This document shows positions 8,089-14,601 of a stretch of DNA of 24,000 nt, one piece after another. The notes beneath the pieces were generated by a model. It saw nothing but the letters and a program-made list of their open reading frames with translations, searched no databases and was not told the DNA's origin. Source of the stretch: Sodalis praecaptivus (GTDB lineage: Bacteria > Pseudomonadota > Gammaproteobacteria > Enterobacterales > Enterobacteriaceae); the NCBI RefSeq assembly GCF_000517425.1, contig NZ_CP006569.1, positions 2,508,760 through 2,532,759 of the forward strand, read 5' to 3'. How positions within the stretch are numbered: the first letter of the stretch is position 1; the number at the start of each line of letters is the position of its first letter. The position numbers were made by a program, and so were the translations under genes.

Positions 8089-8610
8089 TTAGGCGTTATC
8101 CGCCGTAAACAGCATTGCCTGGCCATTCATACAATAGCGCAGCCCGGTCGGCGGCGGGCCGTCGGCAAAGACGTGGCCCAGATGTCCCCCGCACCGGCGA
8201 CAATGCACCTCATCCCGCACCACGCCAAACGACGTGTCGCGGCGCGTAGCGACGGCATTTTCCAGCGGCTGCCAAAAGCTGGGCCAGCCGGTATGGCTGT
8301 CGAATTTCGCGGCGGAGGAGAAAACAGGAAGATGACAGCCCGCGCAGGCAAACACGCCCCGGCGATGTTCATCATTCAACGGGCTCGAGTAGGGGGTTTC
8401 CGTGCCCTGTTTACGCAATATGAGGTATTGCGCGGATGTCAGCTGCCGCCGCCACTGCGCATCGGTATGGGTAATGGCAAATTTTTCATCCACCGGCGCC
8501 GCGCCTGTTCCCACGTCAGCGGCAAACAGCGAGGGCAAGCGCCCCGCCGCCGCCAGCCCGAGGGCGAAAACGCCGCCGCCCACCAAAAAATGTCGTCGAT
8601 TTAACATCAT
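8089..8610 (-). CDS. msrB: Tat-exported peptide-methionine (R)-S-oxide reductase MsrB (zinc type, single catalytic Cys)
   Basis: Twin-arginine signal MMLNRRHFLVGGGVFALGLAAAG...LFA|AD. Two CxxC zinc motifs (CAGC, CRRC). Catalytic RYCMNG. HTGWPSF sits where two-Cys MsrBs have GCGWPSF. GGTGAGG precedes ATG 8610; ATG 8607 is also possible. Confidence 0.9.
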   Translation of the reverse strand: MMLNRRHFLVGGGVFALGLAAAGRLPSLFAADVGTGAAPVDEKFAITHTDAQWRRQLTSAQYLILRKQGTETPYSSPLNDEHRRGVFACAGCHLPVFSSAAKFDSHTGWPSFWQPLENAVATRRDTSFGVVRDEVHCRRCGGHLGHVFADGPPPTGLRYCMNGQAMLFTADNA

Positions 8611-8738
8611 CGCCTCACCCATAAAATAAGCAATGATGTCAACTTACAGAGAAAATGCTTACCAAATCCTCCGCAAATGTTCACTTTTTCGTGATAACTT
8701 CTCGGCGGTTTACCGGTGCGTTGCAGGACGCGGCGGCG

Positions 8739-9485
8739 TCAGGGGGCGACCGTACACTGCCAGCGACCGTCGCTGGTGATTTGGCGGGCGTCGATCGTAA
8801 GGGAAAGCTCTGCGTCGGCGAGGTGAAATTGGCTGTATTCCAGTATCGCACCCTCGGCGTTGGCGGCGCGGCGTTCGAGGCGCAGCAGCGGACTGCCCTC
8901 CGGCAGCGACAGGATCCGGGCCAGCCGGGCGCTGCACAATGCCGGCACCACGCTGTCGCAGGCCTTGACCGGTGAGAAACCGTAGCTTTCGCACAGCTGG
9001 GCATAAAGCGAGCGTCCCTCTTCAATATGGCTCAGGCCGCTATAGGCGCTACCGTCCAGCCAGGTGACGCCATGACCCACCACCCGCCCGTCCTGCTTTA
9101 CATACCGCTCAAGGCGCTGCAGCTGGCTGCCGATGGCCAGACCCATTTTCACGCCGATATCGCCATCGGCCATGGTTGGCATCAGCGACTCGATTTCAAG
9201 GGCGACCGGCGCGCTGCCGGTAAAGCGCAGCAAGAGATCGGGTAAGTTGCTGTAGTAATGTTGCAGAATATCGCGATTGATAAAGGTGCCCCGGCCCTGT
9301 TCGCGAAACAGAATGCCGGTCTGCACCAGCGCATCGATGGCCTGTTTGACCGTGCCGCGCGCCACGTTGAACTCCCCGGCCAGTACCAGCTCGCCGGGCA
9401 GTTTTTCAACATAAGAAAAAGCAATAATCCGTTCCAGAATGATGTTTTTTATCCGCAAGTAAAGCGGTAGGCCCAGAGGCTCCAT
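8739..9485 (-). CDS. GntR-family (HutC subfamily, UTRA effector domain) transcriptional regulator
   Basis: I start the track ORF 8739-9620 at ATG 9485 (MEPLGLPLYLRIKNIILERI...LPGELVLAGEFNVARGTVKQAIDALVQTGILFREQGRGTFI). The length of 248 aa is typical of HutC-type regulators. The upstream extension would overlap the SIS gene. Confidence 0.9.
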   Translation of the reverse strand: MEPLGLPLYLRIKNIILERIIAFSYVEKLPGELVLAGEFNVARGTVKQAIDALVQTGILFREQGRGTFINRDILQHYYSNLPDLLLRFTGSAPVALEIESLMPTMADGDIGVKMGLAIGSQLQRLERYVKQDGRVVGHGVTWLDGSAYSGLSHIEEGRSLYAQLCESYGFSPVKACDSVVPALCSARLARILSLPEGSPLLRLERRAANAEGAILEYSQFHLADAELSLTIDARQITSDGRWQCTVAP

Positions 9486-9498
9486 GCTGTCGCCTTCA

Positions 9499-10239
9499 TC
9501 AAAGATAGTGGATCTGGCTGTGATAGCGGTTAAATATATCCTGATTGATCTTCTGATTGCCGTCAATGTTGGCGCTGGCCAATACCGGCGGCGGTTGCCG
9601 GTGGGCCAGCATGATTTCACTGATGCGGATCACCAAGAGATTGCCGATAGTCGCCCCCATAACTGTAGAGAGCGGCGCCACTTTTTGGTCAAGGGACGGC
9701 AGGCTTACGGCCGCGTCGCCATAGTCGCACAGGTTATCGATAACCACCTCCGCCACCTCGCATAATAGCTTGCCCGACGCGTGGCGCGGGCTGACCCGTT
9801 CGGCGGTCGCCAGGCTGGTAATGGCAATGACATGGGCCCCGCGCGCGCGCGCGCTTAGCGCCACATCGAGCGGCACCGCATTGCGGCCGGATACCGAATG
9901 GATAAGCACCACGTCCCCCGCCGCTATCGGCGACGCCTGCACCAGCTCGCGTCCGAGCCCTTCCACGTTCTCCAGCGCGCTGGTCAAGGGTAGCGGCCTG
10001 ACGTTTAACATTAGCGCGGGGCAAAACAGCGGATTGACGATCGCCAGTCCGCCGGCGCGATAACACAGCTCTTCGGTTAGGATACCCGCATGGCTGGCGC
10101 CAAAAACAAACAGCTTGCGGCCGTTGAGGGCGGCATCGGCCATCAACGCGGCGGCCGCGTCTAAAGAGGGGGCGCTACTCTCGAGCCGATCCAGCCTGGT
10201 GCGGATGGCCTGCACATAAGCGTCGGTTGCTTTACTCAT
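9499..10239 (-). CDS. SIS (sugar-isomerase / phosphosugar-binding) domain protein, UPF0309-like
   Basis: 246 aa. NGRKLFVFGASHAGILTEE and VVLIHSVSGRNAVPLDVALSARARGAHVIAITS are SIS-fold signatures. Confidence 0.8.
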   Translation of the reverse strand: MSKATDAYVQAIRTRLDRLESSAPSLDAAAALMADAALNGRKLFVFGASHAGILTEELCYRAGGLAIVNPLFCPALMLNVRPLPLTSALENVEGLGRELVQASPIAAGDVVLIHSVSGRNAVPLDVALSARARGAHVIAITSLATAERVSPRHASGKLLCEVAEVVIDNLCDYGDAAVSLPSLDQKVAPLSTVMGATIGNLLVIRISEIMLAHRQPPPVLASANIDGNQKINQDIFNRYHSQIHYL

Positions 10240-10256
10240 CCTGTTTCCCCTGCGGC

Positions 10257-11567
10257 TTAAAAGGTGAGAAATTTACCGATGAAGGCAATCAACGGCGCCA
10301 GCACGAACATGTCGCTGTCGCCGGCCCATAGCGCGGTATCGGGGATAGTGTTATTGATAAGATAGCTCACGCAGAAATACTGCCCCCATGCCACCAGCGT
10401 GGAGGTAAAAAACCCCGCCAGCAGCGCGCCTTTATAGCCCCCTGTCACGTTACCGAACACCCCGGCGGTGCCGGCATGGAAAAAAATCACGATCATACTG
10501 GGGATAAAGACATATCCGGTGGTGGTACCGATAACCATCAGCCACAGCAGGGAGCCGGCGAACGCGCCGATAAACCCCAAGACTACGGCGTTGGGGGCAA
10601 AATTGAAAATAATCGGACAGTCCAGCGCCGGTCGCGCGCCCGGCACCAGCCGCGTTCCGATGCCGTTAAACGCGGGCACCATTTCGCCGATAAACATGCG
10701 CACCCCGAGCAACACCACCGCGATCCCGCCGGTAAACAGCAGCGACTGCTTGAGCGCGAAGATATAAAAGCTCAGATCGCCGGACTCGCCCAGGATTTCC
10801 TGCGCTTTAGGCGAACCTTTAATTTGCAGCAGCAAGGTGCCAATAAAAAACAGCAGCGTCATGGTCAGGGCGGTCACCACGTTCGAGTCGCGCAAAAAGC
10901 CCAGGTTTTTCGGCACCTTAATATCTTCGGCGCTCACCTTGTGGCGGGCGAAAAGATTGCCCGCCAGCGCGCCGAGCAGCGCCACCGAGGCGGATGAGTG
11001 GCCGAGCGCCACGTTATCGTTGCCGGTAATGCGCCGTACCCAGGGCTGTACCAGCGCCGGCTGGAAGGTCCAGTAAACGCCCAGGATCAGCGACAGCGCA
11101 AGCGTAAGCGTCACCGGCGATACGTCCGGCCGCTTGTTGACAATGACCCCGGCGAAGATCATGGCAGTCCAGAACATCATATGTCCGGTCAGGTAAATGT
11201 ATTTAAAGCGCGTCAGCCGCGCCAGCAGCAGGTTAATGGCAAAACCCGCGGCAATGGCGATGGTCACACTGCTGCCGTAACGCTCGCTGAAATGCGTCTG
11301 TCCCATGATATGGGTCAGGCTCATTTGCTGCAGGCCAAACACCTCCGTCCAGATGGGCTGGAATATCAGCAGCGCAGCAACGATAATGCTGGCGCCCGCG
11401 CCGATTATCAAAAATCCCAGGATGCCTTTTAACGTGCCGGAGACGATATCCGCCAGCGGCTTATGTTGCAGCACCAGGCCCAACAGCACGATAAGCCCTA
11501 TCAGTATTGAGGCCTCGCCGAAAATATTGACCGTTATCCAGTGCAGAACATGAATGAAATCGCTCAT
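10257..11567 (-). CDS. PTS ascorbate-family (UlaA/SgaT-type) EIIC permease
   Basis: 436 aa polytopic membrane protein. The N-terminus (IFGEASILIGLIVLLGLVLQHKP...TLKGILGFLIIGAGASII) resembles E. coli UlaA. Its ATG overlaps the EIIB stop (ATGA at 11564-11567). Confidence 0.9.
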   Translation of the reverse strand: MSDFIHVLHWITVNIFGEASILIGLIVLLGLVLQHKPLADIVSGTLKGILGFLIIGAGASIIVAALLIFQPIWTEVFGLQQMSLTHIMGQTHFSERYGSSVTIAIAAGFAINLLLARLTRFKYIYLTGHMMFWTAMIFAGVIVNKRPDVSPVTLTLALSLILGVYWTFQPALVQPWVRRITGNDNVALGHSSASVALLGALAGNLFARHKVSAEDIKVPKNLGFLRDSNVVTALTMTLLFFIGTLLLQIKGSPKAQEILGESGDLSFYIFALKQSLLFTGGIAVVLLGVRMFIGEMVPAFNGIGTRLVPGARPALDCPIIFNFAPNAVVLGFIGAFAGSLLWLMVIGTTTGYVFIPSMIVIFFHAGTAGVFGNVTGGYKGALLAGFFTSTLVAWGQYFCVSYLINNTIPDTALWAGDSDMFVLAPLIAFIGKFLTF

Positions 11568-11848
11568 GACGCGTCTCCCTTGAACAGCCCGGAAGCGACC
11601 AGCGCGCGCTCGATTTCTTGTTGATCAATGAAGTTATTGACCACGACCACCGGGCAGGCGAGATGGCGCAGACCGGCGACAAACTCGCTATGGGTCACCA
11701 CCAGGTCGGCGCTGGCCGACGCCGCGGAGGAAACGTCCATATGCTCGACGGAGGCACCGTGCCCCAGCTTGCGCAATACCGTTTCCACGTTCATTTTCAG
11801 GATTAGGCTGGAGCCCATCCCTAAACCACAGACGGTTAAAATTTTCAT
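11564..11848 (-). CDS. PTS EIIB component (UlaB-like)
   Basis: 94 aa. MKILTVCGLGMGSSLILKMNVE carries the phospho-accepting Cys in the C-G-x-G-x-G-S-S loop. A GAGGAAAG RBS is present. Confidence 0.85.
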   Translation of the reverse strand: MKILTVCGLGMGSSLILKMNVETVLRKLGHGASVEHMDVSSAASASADLVVTHSEFVAGLRHLACPVVVVNNFIDQQEIERALVASGLFKGDAS

Positions 11849-11898
11849 ACGCTGCTTTCCTCAGTAACGGCAAACTCGCCGGCAATAGCGCCTAGGCA

Positions 11899-12330
11899 TC
11901 AAGATGTTTGAAACAGGTGTAACAGGTCGTCGCGCTCACGGCTGGTCATCAAAATAGTTCGTTTTGACGTTTCGCCCAGCACGGTAACAACGCGCTGTAT
12001 CAGCGCAATATGACTGTCGCCGTCGGTCGCCGACAATCCGATAAGCACCGACACCGGGTCGTTTTCGTCGTGGCCGAACGTGAGCGGGGTGGCCAGACGC
12101 ACCAGGCTTATCTGCGCCCGCCGTGCGCCCTGCTGCGGGCGCGCATGCGGCATGGCCAACCCCGGCGCGATGACAAAGTAGGGACCGAACTGATGGTAAT
12201 TTTCCACCATCGCCCGCACGTAGGCGTCATTGCAGGCCCCTACGTCCTTTAAGGCGTCCCCCGCCGCGGCGATCGCCTGCTCAGGCGTGGCGGCGTCGCA
12301 ATGGGTGACGACAGCGTTAGGATCTATCAT
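11899..12330 (-). CDS. PTS EIIA component (mannitol/fructose/ascorbate EIIA-2 type, UlaC-like)
   Basis: Started at ATG 12330 (MIDPNAVVTHCDA...). The active-site His context is FVIAPGLAMPHARP. The track extension to 12387 overlaps the creatininase gene. Confidence 0.85.
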   Translation of the reverse strand: MIDPNAVVTHCDAATPEQAIAAAGDALKDVGACNDAYVRAMVENYHQFGPYFVIAPGLAMPHARPQQGARRAQISLVRLATPLTFGHDENDPVSVLIGLSATDGDSHIALIQRVVTVLGETSKRTILMTSRERDDLLHLFQTS

Positions 12331-13060
12331 GGGCCGTTTCCTCCAGGTGCCGCGTGAGTGACGCCAAGGTGGCATGGAAAGCGGCATCCACCAGCGCCCG
12401 GCCTTTTTCCGCGCTGGCGGCGGTAGGGTCGCCCAGCACCGCGTAATCTGAAAACTCGGTCCAATGTATCGGCCGGGCGTTGAAATTGTCAGGGAAGTCA
12501 GGATAGTGCGCGCGGGCTTGACGCATATCGACGTGTTCCTCGGCTAACGCCAGCATCAGCGAGGTTTCTATCTCTTCGGCATGCATGTAGCCGGCACGGG
12601 CGGTTTTACTCTCTTGCAAGCGGGCCACGGCCTCCGCCATGCCCGCCCAGCTGTAGCTCAGCAGATGCATATCGTGCTCCTTCAGGTGGCGCGCGGCGCT
12701 TTTGATGGCGTCGAAGTTGCCGTAGTGCGCATTGATAACGGCCATGCTGGTAATGCCGTAACCCTGCATATTGCGCGCCAGCGCTATCAGCAACGCCGTG
12801 AGCAGATCGTTACCGAGATCGATCGCGCCCGCATGACCGCGTAACGACCAGACCTGGCCATAGGGCACCGCCGGCAACGTGAGCGCAACCTCCCCTAGCG
12901 CGGCATCCAGCCTGGCGCAAAAGCGTTCCGCCAGTAGATTATCGGTCGCCAGCGGCAGATGATCGCCATGGGGTTCGGTCGCGCCGAGGGGCAGCAGAGC
13001 AATACGCGCCCGCGTCAGCGCCTGCTTTGCCTGGCTTTCGTTAAGGAGATCGAGTCGCAT
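12317..13060 (-). CDS. Creatininase-family metal-dependent amidohydrolase
   Basis: Started at ATG 13060 with an AAGGA RBS, directly after the upstream stop at 13071. Motifs LLPLGATEPHGDHLPLATD, INAHYGN and MHAEEIETS match creatininase-family metal and catalytic signatures. Confidence 0.85.
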   Translation of the reverse strand: MRLDLLNESQAKQALTRARIALLPLGATEPHGDHLPLATDNLLAERFCARLDAALGEVALTLPAVPYGQVWSLRGHAGAIDLGNDLLTALLIALARNMQGYGITSMAVINAHYGNFDAIKSAARHLKEHDMHLLSYSWAGMAEAVARLQESKTARAGYMHAEEIETSLMLALAEEHVDMRQARAHYPDFPDNFNARPIHWTEFSDYAVLGDPTAASAEKGRALVDAAFHATLASLTRHLEETAHDRS

Positions 13061-13070
13061 GGTGTTATCC

Positions 13071-14042
13071 TTAACCAAAAGAGAAATAGCGGGCCGGATT
13101 ATCCACGAAGAACGCCTGCAACAGCGCTTCCCCGTCCATGCCCGCCGCGTGGGCTTCCTCAATGAAGCGCGGCCGCCAATCGGTTAAGATAAACTTCAGC
13201 CCCAGCCCGCCCAGCCCGTAGTGCGCGCTCATCGATTTACGGGCAAAATCACCGCCGATCACGATGCGATCTTGATAGCCTTTGCGGCACAACGAGAGAA
13301 TCGCCTCGGTGCGCACGTTCTCCGGGTGATACTTAATACGCGTCATGCCGTCGAACAGGATAAAAGCACCGGTTTTTGCCACCTGATGATGCAGCCAAGG
13401 GTCGGGATTGCGATCCAGATGGGCAAAGCACAGACGCGACAAATCCAGGCCGAGATGCTTGAAAATAGCGGCCTGCTCCAGCGCCATGGTGCCCATTTCG
13501 GTATGGGTATGCATCGGCGCGCCGGTGTGTTGCTGGGCGCGGACGATAACCTCCATGGTTTTCCGCTCCAGCCGGGAGATGGTGTTGTAGCCGGTGCCGC
13601 ATTTCACCACGCCGGCGCGCTGTGAGGTGCCGTCAATGCCGTGAAGCACCTCGTTGCACACCTGCTCGACCAGCGCGTCCACCGGCGTCGCGTCTATCCA
13701 CTCGGCGAAGGTGTGATCCTGTCCCGGTCGCGGGCTACTCCACAGAAAACCCTTATTGAAGCCGGCGGTGGCAATCACCTGCACCTGTTGCCGTTCGGCC
13801 ATCGCCGCCACCTCAGCGGCCCGGCGGCCGTAATCGGGCGCGGTGGCATCGTAAAACGAGCGCCCGCCCGCCTGGGCAAAATCGGCCAGCTCCCGCTCTG
13901 ACGCGGCCAAATCATCAAGCAGTAAATCGTCATCCTGGCGCTGCTGCCAGTAGGGGGGGATGCAGTAGACATGGTCGTGACTGTAGGTGACACCCAGCGC
14001 ACGGCTGTCGATATCACCGTGAAGCGTACGGATAACTCCCAT
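13071..14042 (-). CDS. Phosphotriesterase-homology protein (PTE/PHP family, amidohydrolase superfamily); probable lactonase or esterase
   Basis: Started at ATG 14042 with a strong GAGGAGG RBS. Metal-ligand motifs are SHDHV (HxH), MHTHTE, FAHLD and GGDFA. 323 aa, similar in size to E. coli Php. Confidence 0.9.
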   Translation of the reverse strand: MGVIRTLHGDIDSRALGVTYSHDHVYCIPPYWQQRQDDDLLLDDLAASERELADFAQAGGRSFYDATAPDYGRRAAEVAAMAERQQVQVIATAGFNKGFLWSSPRPGQDHTFAEWIDATPVDALVEQVCNEVLHGIDGTSQRAGVVKCGTGYNTISRLERKTMEVIVRAQQHTGAPMHTHTEMGTMALEQAAIFKHLGLDLSRLCFAHLDRNPDPWLHHQVAKTGAFILFDGMTRIKYHPENVRTEAILSLCRKGYQDRIVIGGDFARKSMSAHYGLGGLGLKFILTDWRPRFIEEAHAAGMDGEALLQAFFVDNPARYFSFG

Positions 14043-14089
14043 CGTTTCCTCCTCAGGTCGGCGGGAAATGGCGAGATTGATAATGGCAT

Positions 14090-14115
14090 TGACCAGATGA
14101 CCAGACAAGTGATCA
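14090..14115. promoter_or_regulatory. Candidate operator upstream of the PTE-PTS operon: TGACCAGA-TGACCAGA-caag-TGATCA
   Basis: A perfect tandem 8-mer (14090-14097 and 14098-14105), then the related self-complementary hexamer TGATCA (14110-14115). It lies 48-73 bp upstream of the first start codon. TGGTCA/TGACCA resembles the GGT-x-x-ACC-type half-sites of HutC-family operators. Confidence 0.35.
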
Positions 14116-14292
14116 AGTTCATATTTTAATCTTATGACGGCGCGGAGAATTCCTTTTTGCGAGGCGCGTCAATAAGCGTCGCGGGGGATGAAGAAGGCAA
14201 GCGGAAAACAAGGTGAGCGTGACGCGATACCGGGCAAGACCGACGACGACGGCCTGAGAGCAGCGTCACGACAAAATTGACATCATCACCCT

Positions 14293-14554
14293 GCCCGCCT
14301 GACGCCTTATGCCAGACGAGATACGCACGACGAAATGCCCGCCCGACGCCCCTGGCAGGCAAAATGAGCCCGACGAAATGTTCGCCCGACGCCCCATGGC
14401 AGGCAACATGGGCCCGACTGCATGCTGCCCGACGCCGCTGGCAGGCAAAACGGGGCCGACTACATGCCCGCCCGACGCTCCATGGCAGGCAATATGGGGC
14501 CGACTACATGCCCGCTCGACGCCCCATGGCAGCTAAAACGCGGTCGGGTAGCGG
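14293..14554. repeat. Intergenic tandem repeat, about 6 copies of a 43/44-bp unit
   Basis: Units start at 14293 (degenerate, 48 bp), 14341, 14384, 14427, 14470 and 14514. The consensus is roughly GCCCGACGCCCCATGGCAGGCAAnATGGGGCCGACTACATGCC. The cores GCCCGACGCC, TGGCAGGCAA and G(G/C)CCGAC are conserved. The unit length is not a multiple of 3. Confidence 0.9.
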
Positions 14555-14601
14555 TTTATGCGTGGCGCTATCCTTATTGACCTACCCCTCCGCCGCACGA
14601 C

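Noticed and set aside
8637-8642. A perfect TTGACA (minus strand) as the -35 element for msrB.
   Set aside because: A 17-bp spacer would put the -10 element on the Shine-Dalgarno sequence and the transcription start inside or after the start codon. The geometry is impossible for this gene.
14293-14554. Reading the 43-bp repeat array as a CRISPR array.
   Set aside because: The repeats are directly abutting with no unique spacers, the units are degenerate, and no cas genes are in the window.
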